A stretch of 26,433 bases of DNA from Candidatus Eiseniibacteriota bacterium (lineage in GTDB: Bacteria; Eisenbacteria; RBG-16-71-46; CAZEPH01). The translations under genes and the position numbers were made by a program. The notes under the pieces are model-generated. The model saw only the letters and a list, made by a program, of their open reading frames with translations. It was not told the DNA's origin and did not search any database. This document shows, one piece after another, positions 9,247-18,128 of this stretch; position 1 is the first letter of the stretch; each line of letters starts with the position of its first letter. Location of the stretch: positions 1 to 26,433 of the forward strand of contig JBGATO010000052.1 of NCBI GenBank assembly GCA_044229145.1, read 5' to 3'.

Positions 9247-10605
9247 ATGGGCAGCGCTCGCCGTACCCTTCCGTGGGCCGTGGCGATCCTGACGTCCGTG
9301 TGCGTACGGCCCGCCACCGCGCAGTGGGCCATTACCGCAGCCGACACGCTGGGCACCTGCGGATTTCGCACCCACCTCGCCCTGGACGCTGCAGGTCAGC
9401 CTCACATCGCCTTCATGCGCATGGAACCGTACCAGTTGCTGTACGCGACGCGGGCGGCCGCCGGAGAGTGGCGCGTCGAGATCGTGGACACCGCCACCAC
9501 CCCGGAGGCGTTCTATAGCGCCATCGCGCTCGACAGCAAAGGGACACCTCACATCGCGTACTCGACCGACAGCGGACACCTCGGCTACGCCACGCGCGAT
9601 AGCGTCGCCGGATGGCAACTCAGCACTGTCGACGCGGACTCACTGGTGGGCCTGACGCCCAGCTTGGCTTTCGACGCCGGAGATCGCGCCGTCATCAGCT
9701 ACTACGATGCTCGGCACGGCGATCTCAAGCTCGCGCAGCAAACCCTCGGCGGATGGAGCGTGGCAACACTCGACACAACGCAGAACGCCGGCTGGGACAC
9801 GTCACTCGCGCTCGACGCTCGCGACCTCCCACACATCGCGTATCACGAACGGGACACCGGGGAATTGCGCTACCTCGTGCTGGGCGGCGGGAGCGAAGTC
9901 GTGGATGAACCCGGACCGTTTCCGACGCTCTACAACACGTCGCTCCGGCTCGACGCCGCAGGGGAACCGCACATCAGCTACCTCGGCGCGACGCACTTGG
10001 ATCTGCGCTACGCCGTCCGCGCGGGTGGGGCGTGGACGTTTGCGACTCCCGACTCCAGCGGCGAAACCGGAGGGCACACCTGCCTCGCCCTCGACCATAG
10101 CGGTCTCGCCCACATCAGCTATCACGATCGCACGCGAGGCAATCTCCGCTACGCATCGCAGCGGGCGGACGGAAGCTGGAACCTGGAGACGGTCGACGGC
10201 CAGGCCGACTCGGTCGGCGAGATGAGCTCTCTCGCGCTCGATGGCCGCGACGCGCCGCACATCAGCTACCTGGACAAGACATACGGCAATCTCGCGTACG
10301 CCGAGGGGCCTGAAGCCGTGTCCGTCCCCCGGCCCTCCGCGCGTGCCGACGCGACGCGGTGGTCGGTGGCCGTGCGCAACGGCGTCGCCGAGCTCATCTT
10401 CGTGCCGCCCGCAGCAGCGACGGAACCGCTCGTGGTGGACGCGCTCGCCGTGACCGGCCGGCGCCTCGCGCGATTGTGGAACGGGCCCCCGTCCCCCGAT
10501 GGCAGCCTGCGCCTGCGCTGGACTCCGCCGCGCGGGTGCGTGGCCTACGTCATCGCCCATAGGCCTGGACGCGGCTCATGGGCGACGCGCGTGTTCGTTC
10601 CGTAG
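9247..10605 (+). CDS. Secreted beta-propeller repeat protein with degenerate FlgD/T9SS-like tail
   Basis: ATG 9247 has an AGGAGG RBS and the signal peptide ends 'PATA'. About seven repeats of 'SLALD..G.PHISY......L.YA....W...TVD'. Confidence 0.8.
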   Translation: MGSARRTLPWAVAILTSVCVRPATAQWAITAADTLGTCGFRTHLALDAAGQPHIAFMRMEPYQLLYATRAAAGEWRVEIVDTATTPEAFYSAIALDSKGTPHIAYSTDSGHLGYATRDSVAGWQLSTVDADSLVGLTPSLAFDAGDRAVISYYDARHGDLKLAQQTLGGWSVATLDTTQNAGWDTSLALDARDLPHIAYHERDTGELRYLVLGGGSEVVDEPGPFPTLYNTSLRLDAAGEPHISYLGATHLDLRYAVRAGGAWTFATPDSSGETGGHTCLALDHSGLAHISYHDRTRGNLRYASQRADGSWNLETVDGQADSVGEMSSLALDGRDAPHISYLDKTYGNLAYAEGPEAVSVPRPSARADATRWSVAVRNGVAELIFVPPAAATEPLVVDALAVTGRRLARLWNGPPSPDGSLRLRWTPPRGCVAYVIAHRPGRGSWATRVFVP

Positions 10606-10634
10606 GGCGGGCGGCGGCGTGCGCCCGCGCGGCG

Positions 10635-11861
10635 CTACACCGTGACGCCGGGTGCGCTGGCCCCGCGCGGCGAGGGCTCGAGCACCTGCGCCAGCGCCTG
10701 TTCGAGATCGGCGATGAGGTCCGCGAGGTCCTCGATGCCGACCGAGTAGCGAACCAGTCCATCGCTGAATCCGGCCGCGCGGCGTGCGTCCGGCGACATC
10801 GACGCGTGCGTCATCGACGCCGGATGTTCGATCAGCGTTTCCACGCCGCCGAGCGAGACGGCGAGCGTCGCAACCTTTACGGCATTCATGAGTGTCTTGC
10901 CTGCCTCGAGCCCGCCTCGCAGTTCGAACGCGATCATGCCGCCCGATCCGCGCATCTGCTTCATGGCGATGTCGTATTGCGGGTGCGACGGCAGGCCCGC
11001 ATAGCGCACCCACGCCACCTTTGGATGCGCCTCCAGCCAGCGCGCGATCGCCAGGGCGCTCTGCTGCGCGCGTTCGGTGCGCAGGCCGAGGGTCTTGAGA
11101 CCGCGCAGCACCAAGAAGGCTTGGTGCGGATCCATGTTGCAGCCGAGCGAGCGCATCATCGCCCGCAGTCGCGTCACCAGCGCGGGATCCTTCGCCGCGA
11201 CGATGCCGCCGACGACGTCGGCGTGTCCGTTGATCGACTTGGTGACCGAGTGCAAGACGACGTCGGCGCCGAGGTCGAGCGGCGTCTGCAAGTACGGACT
11301 GGCAAACGTATTGTCGACCACCAACACGCAGCCGGCCGCGTGAGCGATCTCCGCAAGAGCCGCGATGTCGCTGACGTCCATCGTCGGGTTGCTGGGCGTT
11401 TCGACGTACAAGAGCCGCGTCTCGGGGCGCATCGCCGCGCGCACCGTGTCGAGACAGGTGGTGTCGACGAACGACGAGCGCACCCCGAAGCGCGCCAAGT
11501 GTTCCTCGACCAACAACCGGCTGGGACCGTACACCGAGGCCGTGCCCACCACGTGTGCGCCCTGCTCGAGCAACGCCAGGAACACTGTGGACACCGCCCC
11601 CATGCCGGAGCTCGTCGCCACCGCGCCATCGGCATGCTCGAGATCGGCCACCGCTTCCTCGAGTGCGTGCACGGTGGGGTTGCCGAGTCGCGTGTAGATG
11701 AAGCCCTTCTCGCGACCGGCGAACAACGCCGCGCCGTGCGCGGCATCGCGAAATTGAAACGTCGACGTCTGGTAGATCGGGACCGTCACCGCGCCGGTCG
11801 GATCGGCGTGGTGCCCGCCGTGGACCAGGCGGGTGTTGAGTCCGTGCGTCGCATCACTCAC
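10635..11861 (-). CDS. PLP-dependent Cys/Met metabolism enzyme (methionine gamma-lyase / cystathionine gamma-lyase/synthase family)
   Basis: 'PIYQTSTF', 'YTRLGNPT', 'SSGMGA', 'ETPSNPT', 'VVDNTF', PLP-lysine motif 'HSVTKSINGH', 'SLGGVETLIEHPASMTH' and 'RYSVGIED'. GTG start at 11861 overlaps the upstream stop (GTGA), with a GGAGG RBS. Confidence 0.92.
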   Translation of the reverse strand: MSDATHGLNTRLVHGGHHADPTGAVTVPIYQTSTFQFRDAAHGAALFAGREKGFIYTRLGNPTVHALEEAVADLEHADGAVATSSGMGAVSTVFLALLEQGAHVVGTASVYGPSRLLVEEHLARFGVRSSFVDTTCLDTVRAAMRPETRLLYVETPSNPTMDVSDIAALAEIAHAAGCVLVVDNTFASPYLQTPLDLGADVVLHSVTKSINGHADVVGGIVAAKDPALVTRLRAMMRSLGCNMDPHQAFLVLRGLKTLGLRTERAQQSALAIARWLEAHPKVAWVRYAGLPSHPQYDIAMKQMRGSGGMIAFELRGGLEAGKTLMNAVKVATLAVSLGGVETLIEHPASMTHASMSPDARRAAGFSDGLVRYSVGIEDLADLIADLEQALAQVLEPSPRGASAPGVTV

Positions 11862-14032
11862 GAGCGCGTTCCTCCCGTCGGCGGGTCCTGCTCGGCAGCC
11901 TGCGTGTGGCTCGCGTGGTCCCGCTCCCATTCACGCGGCCGCTCGTGCTTCTGGCGGCGCGCACTGACCTTGCCGGTGATCCACGTCCAGTCCATCGGAT
12001 ACACGTCGGGGTTGAACACGGTGTGGTAGACGTGCCAGATGATGATGGCGGCGAACGCCAGCCACGCCTCGTAATAGTGGACGACCGTCGACAAGTCGGT
12101 CGCCAGCTTGCCGAAGCGCCGCAATGTGTCGTTCTCGAACCAGAGCGCCACACCGGTCACCGTCATCACGACGGTGCCCCACACCAGCGCCCAATACTCC
12201 GCCTTCTCGACGTAATTGAAGCGGTCGAAGCGCGGCGGGTGCTTCCGCAGGCCGAGGAAGTAGGCGAAATTCTGCCCGGCTTCCACGAAGTCGCTGAGCC
12301 GCGGCAGTCCGGCGACCAGCGCCTTGCGGCCGCGCGGCGTCAGCAGGTAGATGCAGTGCATCAGCGTCACGGCCACCATCACGATCGCAGCGCCGCGATG
12401 TACCAGCGAACGCACTGCATAGCCGTGCTCGGCACGCGCCAGCCACGAGAACAGCCACGACTCGGGGAACTTGAGCGCGAAGCCGGTATAGACCAGCGTG
12501 AAGAAGCTCGCTTGCAGCATCCAGTGCTGGATGCGCTCGAGGAGCGTCATGCGGACGTGCGGCGGCGCGCCGGCCAGCGCCTCGTCCTCTTCCTCGTGCT
12601 CGGATTCAAGCAGGCTGGCGCGGAAGCGCCGGCGCATCTTCATCGTGAAGTCGAGGAAGTTGTGGAAGGCCATACCCCCGAGCACGACGGCGATCAACCA
12701 CAGGTAGGTCTTGCGGACCCAGAACAGCACCGGGTTCTTGCTGTCGGCCATCGCCTCGTGCACGCGGCCGATTTGCGCCGTCTTGCCGATGCCGGGGTGA
12801 CACTTGCCACAGGTCACGGCGAGGTGGCGCTCGTTGATGCGCGAGCGCGGGTCCTTCGACGGCAGGATATCGTGCACGCCGTGACACGACGCGCAGTTCG
12901 CCACCACTGGCGAGCCGCCGCGGGCCGCCAGGCCGTGGTAGCTGTCTTCATATGTCGACAGCCGGCCGGCGGCGAGTCCATAGGTTTCCCGAATGCCCTG
13001 CGCTTCGTGGCACTTCGAGCAGGTCTTGATGACGCCGGCCTTCCCCACCGGCGAGCCGTCATCCTTCGGCCCGCGGATCAAATGCTCGCCATGGCAGTCG
13101 GTGCACACCGGCGCTTCCACGATGCCGCGCTCGAGGGCGCTGCCGTGCACGCTGGTCTTGTACGCGGCGAGTTCCTTCTTGTGGCACTGACCACAGGTGG
13201 CGGGAATCGCCGTGCGGTAAATGCTGGACAGCGGATCGCCGGCGCGTCGCACGTCGTGCACCGTGTGGCAGTCGGAGCAAATCGCAGCCTTGTCCTTCTT
13301 GGAACGGCCGTGAACGCTCTGGCGGAACAACTCGTACGCGGCGGGAATCGCGATCTTCCGCTTCATCATGAGCTCGCGATCGCCGTGGCACTTGGCACAC
13401 ATCTCGACGACCTTGGCGCGCGCCGTCGGCGCCATCGGATCGGTGTGCGGCAGCAGTGTGTGCGTGGCCCCATGGCACTTCGCGCACGCTGCCTTCCCCG
13501 GTTTCATCACCGCCTTGCGCACGTGGATGCTGCCGCTGTACGCGGCGACTTCCTTGCGATGGCACGATTCGCAGGACGCGAGCGTGAGTGACTTGGCGGG
13601 TTGCATCTGATGGGCGTCACTGCCGTGACACGCGCGACAGCCTTTGACGTCGCCGAGATGCGCCTTGCGGTGAACGCCGGTGCGGAGCGCGGCCGATTGC
13701 TTGGTGTGGCACTGCTCGCAGGTCTTGGTGGGAACACGCTCGGCGTGCGGGGATTCGACGATGCCGAGGTGACACTTGCTGCACGACAGCGTCGCATGAA
13801 CGGAGCGGTGCACCACGAGGGTGTCGACGTACACCGAGGTCGGAGGATTTCCTGTGCTGCGGGTGATGCTCTTATCGCCGTGGCATTCCATGCACTCGGC
13901 ATCGCTCACGCCGGCCGCGCGTGCCGGAGGACTCCACACCACGAGCCATGCAACCGCGATGCTGACGACCAACCCCAACCACTGCGTGAGCGTCCACCCG
14001 TGCCGTCGCGGCACCGCGTTCGCACCCCTCAC
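11858..14032 (-). CDS. CbcL-like inner-membrane cytochrome: periplasmic 13-heme c domain fused to an FdnI/HyaC-type di-heme cytochrome b
   Basis: 13 CxxCH motifs after a signal/TM segment. The C-terminal membrane domain has 'RIQHW', 'LVHR..(14)..H', 'RFNYVEKAEYW', 'VHYYE..(15)..H' and 'WITG'. Likely GTG start at 14032 with a GGAGG-type RBS. Confidence 0.88.
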   Translation of the reverse strand: MRGANAVPRRHGWTLTQWLGLVVSIAVAWLVVWSPPARAAGVSDAECMECHGDKSITRSTGNPPTSVYVDTLVVHRSVHATLSCSKCHLGIVESPHAERVPTKTCEQCHTKQSAALRTGVHRKAHLGDVKGCRACHGSDAHQMQPAKSLTLASCESCHRKEVAAYSGSIHVRKAVMKPGKAACAKCHGATHTLLPHTDPMAPTARAKVVEMCAKCHGDRELMMKRKIAIPAAYELFRQSVHGRSKKDKAAICSDCHTVHDVRRAGDPLSSIYRTAIPATCGQCHKKELAAYKTSVHGSALERGIVEAPVCTDCHGEHLIRGPKDDGSPVGKAGVIKTCSKCHEAQGIRETYGLAAGRLSTYEDSYHGLAARGGSPVVANCASCHGVHDILPSKDPRSRINERHLAVTCGKCHPGIGKTAQIGRVHEAMADSKNPVLFWVRKTYLWLIAVVLGGMAFHNFLDFTMKMRRRFRASLLESEHEEEDEALAGAPPHVRMTLLERIQHWMLQASFFTLVYTGFALKFPESWLFSWLARAEHGYAVRSLVHRGAAIVMVAVTLMHCIYLLTPRGRKALVAGLPRLSDFVEAGQNFAYFLGLRKHPPRFDRFNYVEKAEYWALVWGTVVMTVTGVALWFENDTLRRFGKLATDLSTVVHYYEAWLAFAAIIIWHVYHTVFNPDVYPMDWTWITGKVSARRQKHERPREWERDHASHTQAAEQDPPTGGTRS

Positions 14033-14213
14033 GAATTCCTCCCCTCCTGCGCTCAACTGAGCCGCATCGCACATGGGTGTACGCCTCGGACAAACCACTG
14101 TCACTGGGACTGAAGGGGCACTACCCGTTTTTCACGCGACGCGTCTATAGTATCGGCAGGTGAGAGCCACGAATGGTTCTCCCCTGGGATTACGGGAAGG
14201 GAGGAATCCTCTT

Positions 14214-14894
14214 ATGCGCGGTAGCCTGCGTTTGGGAGTGCTGGCTGCCTTTGTTGCCGTCGGGGCGATGTGGGCGACGCACGCAAGTGCGTTCCCGGAT
14301 GTCGCGCGCGACACGAAGGCGGCGTGTGCGGCATGTCACGTCAGTCCGGCGGGTGGCACCACCCTGTCGGATGCCGGGACTGCATGGAAGACCGACAAGA
14401 AGGCGCCGGACACCAGCATCGCCGGAGCAGAGTATGTCGGATCCACCAAGTGCAAGATGTGCCACATGACCGAGTACAAGTCGTGGGCGACGACCAAGCA
14501 CGCTTCGGCGATGCAGTCGCTGCTGTCCAGTGCCGACACCACCACCGCCCGCATGGCAGCGGCCCTCAAGGCGGAAGTGAAGGGCAAGGCCGCGGACGAT
14601 CCGGCGTGCATCAAGTGCCACGTGACCGGCTACCAGCTGACGGGTGGATACCCGGCCGCCGATAGCACCAAGAACGCCGCGCTCGCGATGGTGAGCTGCG
14701 AGTCGTGCCACGGTCCGGGCAGTCTGCACACCAAGGCGCCGAAGGAGCAGAAGGCGTCGATGATCCACGGCAAGCCGACGGCCGCGATGTGCACGCAGTG
14801 CCACACGCCGGAGATGAGCCCCAAGTTCAACTTCGACGAGTACGCGAAGCTCGGTCTGCACGACAAGAAGGCGGCGGCTCCGGCGGCCAAGTAA
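14214..14894 (+). CDS. Periplasmic pentaheme cytochrome c (N-terminal monoheme module + c554-like tetraheme domain)
   Basis: ATG 14214 has a GGAGG RBS and the signal peptide ends 'ASA'. Five CxxCH motifs. 'YVGSTKCKMCH...Y..W..TKH' and 'VSCESCHGPGS.H' are typical of the c554/c-552 family. Confidence 0.88.
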   Translation: MRGSLRLGVLAAFVAVGAMWATHASAFPDVARDTKAACAACHVSPAGGTTLSDAGTAWKTDKKAPDTSIAGAEYVGSTKCKMCHMTEYKSWATTKHASAMQSLLSSADTTTARMAAALKAEVKGKAADDPACIKCHVTGYQLTGGYPAADSTKNAALAMVSCESCHGPGSLHTKAPKEQKASMIHGKPTAAMCTQCHTPEMSPKFNFDEYAKLGLHDKKAAAPAAK

Positions 14895-14934
14895 GGCGCC
14901 GCGCGTTACCCCAGACGCACTCCGCAGCACACGC

Positions 14935-14967
14935 GAGGGGCGTATCCCACACGGGATGCGCCCCTTC
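14935..14967. terminator. Stem-loop between convergent cytochrome genes
   Basis: GAGGGGCGTATCCC-acac-GGGATGCGCCCCTTC, a ~14-bp stem with G-U pairs. Confidence 0.6.
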
Positions 14968-14982
14968 GCTGTACCTGCACGA

Positions 14983-15013
14983 AGGGCCGGGGCGGTGTTC
15001 ACGCCCCGGCCCT
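14983..15013. terminator. Second stem-loop between convergent cytochrome genes
   Basis: Perfect 12-bp inverted repeat AGGGCCGGGGCG-N7-CGCCCCGGCCCT. Confidence 0.6.
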
Positions 15014-15051
15014 CGCCGTATCCCCTGCCGCAGGACGTGTGTGCGCGCGCA

Positions 15052-16875
15052 TTACTTGTCCTCGTGGCACTCCGTGCACGCCGACTTCGGCGGAGCGGGA
15101 TCGCCTGCGGCCATGCTGTGGCAGCTCTTGCACTCGAGGCCGTTCTCGAGGTGCTGGCCGTGCGAGAACGCGCCGCGGAAGCTGGCGACCGTGCCCTTGG
15201 TGATGTCGCCGTGGCACGTCTTGCAGGCCTCGAGCGCCACCGCGGTGGCGGTCGGCTGATGGTGGCACGACATGCACCCGTCGGGGCCGAAGCGCACCAC
15301 CTCGGCGTCCGCGCGTTCGTCGTGTGGACGGTGGCACTTGGAACACTCGAGGCCGGCCGGCCCAAGGTGCGGTGCGTGCGCGAATGACTTGCCGCCAAAG
15401 CTGCCGCTCTGCGATTCGATCCCGATGTGACAGCTGAGACAGTCGCCGCCCCGGACACGCGGCCACGGCGCCGGCAGTGCCGCCAAGCCCGCGGCGGCGC
15501 GCGCCTGGTTCATCTGGTCGCGCGCCTTGTCGAGGATGGCGAGTGCGTAGCCGACGTTGTGCATGCCGTTCCCGTCGCGCACGAGGGCGAAGTTATACAC
15601 CGCGTCGTTCCACGCGGTGCCGCCGCGCTTGCCGAGGACGCTCGCGGTTTGCGCCATCTGCGTGCCGAGCGCCTTGGTGCGTGTGTCGACACCGCTCTTC
15701 CAGTTACGGTACACGGTCTGATAGCCCGCGCCGTGACACGCCATGCACGACAGAGAGCCCGCCTGCGTGGCATGCGACGACTTCGATGCGCTGAACGAGG
15801 CGAATTGCGTCGCGTGCTCGCCCCCGCGCAGCGAGCCGCTGTGGCAGCCTTGACACGCCACGCCGACGTCGTACATCGGGCTCGGCATGTCCTTCACGCC
15901 GCGCGCTCCTTGCCCGGCGTACAGCTGGTACTGCGGCGAGTGGCCGTCGCCGTGACACGACGCGCACGAGCCCGACGCCGGCTGCGCCGGCGGCTTGCCC
16001 TTGTCGTGTTCGACGATCAAGTGGCACCGCTGGCAATCGACCTTGCGCTCGGAGACGTGCTTCTTGTGCAAGAAGTCGGTCTCGTCGTACTTCTCGAGGC
16101 GCTCGGGTTCGCTGTGGCACATCATGCAGTTCTGCTTGGGCACCGCACCGTCGCCGCGCACGACATTCTCGTGGCACATGCGGCACTCGATGCCGTTGCG
16201 TGCGATCTCGGCGTGATCGAACTCTTCGCCGCGCGCCGTCTTCACCGTGGTCGGCACCTGGTGGCAGGTGGTGCACTTGGCGGTGCCGGTGTTGGGCTTT
16301 TGCGCGGTGAAATGGCAGAGCGCGCAGGTCGACACGGTCACCGCGATGTGCTGGCCCTGCATCAATTGCGAGTGGCACGAGGTGCAGCGCAGCTTGAGGC
16401 CGCGCCGCGTCTCGGTCAGGTGCGGCGTGTGATCGAAGCTGACGCCGTGAAAGATCTCCTTGCCTTCCAACAACCGGCGCTCGTGACAGCGCAGACACGC
16501 GGCATCGTCCACTTCGGTCCAAATACGCGTGCCGTAGGTCGCAGTCACGTACTTGGCGACCATGGAGAGCGCTTCGAATTTCTTGCGCACCTCCGCGGTC
16601 GCGCCTGGCGCGATGTGGCACTCCACGCAGGCGACCTGGCTGTGCTTCGACTCCTTCCAGGTCTTGTAGTAGGGCCGCATGATGTGGCACGTCCCGCAGA
16701 ACGACGGCTGCGAGGTGACGTGCACCATGACGAGGATCGCGACGATGCCGAACCCGACGAGCATCGCCGCGCCCATGCCGGCCAGACGCAGCCCCCGCCC
16801 TTCGGTGCGGGGGCCGATCAGACGCAGCACGATCTGCTGCCAGAGCGACGTGGAGGACCGGTTGGGGTCGGACAC
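15052..16875 (-). CDS. Membrane-anchored 18-heme cytochrome c with NapC/NirT-like N-terminus
   Basis: N-terminal TM helix followed by 'TSQPSFCGTCH.M..YY..W..S.H..V.CVECH' (NapC/NirT signature). 18 CxxCH motifs, a helical 'DGNGMHNVGYALAIL' segment and C-terminal 'F.H..H....L.C..CH' c7/c3-like modules. Likely GTG start at 16875, 4 nt after the upstream stop. Confidence 0.88.
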   Translation of the reverse strand: MSDPNRSSTSLWQQIVLRLIGPRTEGRGLRLAGMGAAMLVGFGIVAILVMVHVTSQPSFCGTCHIMRPYYKTWKESKHSQVACVECHIAPGATAEVRKKFEALSMVAKYVTATYGTRIWTEVDDAACLRCHERRLLEGKEIFHGVSFDHTPHLTETRRGLKLRCTSCHSQLMQGQHIAVTVSTCALCHFTAQKPNTGTAKCTTCHQVPTTVKTARGEEFDHAEIARNGIECRMCHENVVRGDGAVPKQNCMMCHSEPERLEKYDETDFLHKKHVSERKVDCQRCHLIVEHDKGKPPAQPASGSCASCHGDGHSPQYQLYAGQGARGVKDMPSPMYDVGVACQGCHSGSLRGGEHATQFASFSASKSSHATQAGSLSCMACHGAGYQTVYRNWKSGVDTRTKALGTQMAQTASVLGKRGGTAWNDAVYNFALVRDGNGMHNVGYALAILDKARDQMNQARAAAGLAALPAPWPRVRGGDCLSCHIGIESQSGSFGGKSFAHAPHLGPAGLECSKCHRPHDERADAEVVRFGPDGCMSCHHQPTATAVALEACKTCHGDITKGTVASFRGAFSHGQHLENGLECKSCHSMAAGDPAPPKSACTECHEDK

Positions 16876-16879
16876 GAGC

Positions 16880-18124
16880 TTAGGGCCTCGCCTTCCAGAA
16901 GTACCGCAGGATCGCCAGCGTGAGGGCGACATAGAACCAGAAGACGAGCACCGCCCACTTGCGCACCTTCAGGTGCCCCACGGACGTCTTCGCCTCCTCC
17001 TGCACCTCGCTCCCGATATCGACCGCGCGCGCGGTGAGCGCGTGCACGGCCTCCGGACGCACCGCGTGTGCGGCGGGGAGCGCTTCGCGCAGATAGGTCC
17101 GCGCCTGCGACAGGCGGGCGTGGAAGTCCTCGGTGTTGACCGGTGCCGCGTCCGCTTGCGCGACGAGCTCGTCCGCCTTGTCCAGCACCGCCGCCGCCGT
17201 CTTGTAGTCTGTCCACATGGTGGTGCCGATCTGCACGAGCTTCGGCTCGTCCTTGTGGCACTTGGCGCAATTGGTGGAGAGATTACGCGGATCGGCGGCC
17301 GGTGTCGCGTGATCCTGGTGGCAGGATGCGCATTCCGGCAAACCCGCCTTGGCGAGCGCCGTCCCATGCGGGCCCGAGCGCAGGGCCTTGCGCTCCTCGG
17401 TGTGGCACTGACCGCAGTACTTCCCGACGTCTCCGGCGGCGGCGTGCTCGGGCGTGCCGTGATCGCCGTGGCAGCTCACACAGGTCGGGGCGCGCATGTT
17501 GCCCTTCCCCAGCAGTTCCTTGCCGTGGATGCTGCCCGCGAAGTCGCGATACGCCTTGGCGTGCGGACCGACCTTCGTCACGTCGCCCTTCTGGTGGCAG
17601 CTGTTGCAGGTCGCCGGGATGTTGAGAGGTGCGGTGCGGCTGGTGGGATCGGCGGGCGATAGGATGTCGTGCGCACCGTGACAGTCGGAACAGATCGCCA
17701 CCGCGGTGTTGCCGGCGGCGAGTTTGCGGCCGTGGACCGACTGCTGGTACTGCGAGAACTGATCGGCCGGCAAGTCGTACGGCCCCATCTGCCGCTCGCT
17801 CGAGTGGCAGGATGCGCAGAGCTTCGGGATGGCGGTGCGCGCGAGATGGCCGGTCATGCCGAGGTGCGCCGGCGCTTCGTCGATAGCCGTGTCGTTCCCA
17901 CCGTGACAGGCGACGCAGGTCACGCCTTCCCGCGCGTGGCTGCTCTTCAGGAACGCCACACGTTCCGACGGGTGGCAGACGCCGCACTTCCCCGCCGCGG
18001 GAGCCGTGAGCGTGGTGTCGACCGGCACGTAGCCGGCCGCGCGGACGCCGGCCGGCAGCATCGCCGCCAGCGCGAGTCCGAGGATCGAGGTGCGCAGCGC
18101 GCGCACGAATCGCGACGTGTGCAT
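16880..18124 (-). CDS. Nonaheme cytochrome c with signal peptide and C-terminal membrane anchor
   Basis: ATG 18124 has an AGGAG RBS. Nine CxxCH motifs, a helical region and a C-terminal TM segment 'WAVLVFWFYVALTLAILRYFW'. Confidence 0.88.
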   Translation of the reverse strand: MHTSRFVRALRTSILGLALAAMLPAGVRAAGYVPVDTTLTAPAAGKCGVCHPSERVAFLKSSHAREGVTCVACHGGNDTAIDEAPAHLGMTGHLARTAIPKLCASCHSSERQMGPYDLPADQFSQYQQSVHGRKLAAGNTAVAICSDCHGAHDILSPADPTSRTAPLNIPATCNSCHQKGDVTKVGPHAKAYRDFAGSIHGKELLGKGNMRAPTCVSCHGDHGTPEHAAAGDVGKYCGQCHTEERKALRSGPHGTALAKAGLPECASCHQDHATPAADPRNLSTNCAKCHKDEPKLVQIGTTMWTDYKTAAAVLDKADELVAQADAAPVNTEDFHARLSQARTYLREALPAAHAVRPEAVHALTARAVDIGSEVQEEAKTSVGHLKVRKWAVLVFWFYVALTLAILRYFWKARP

Positions 18125-18128
18125 GGCG

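Noticed and set aside
8955..9371. N-terminal extension of the peptidase ORF in the track
   Set aside because: It overlaps the divergent gene and precedes a clear RBS, GTG and signal peptide at 8954.
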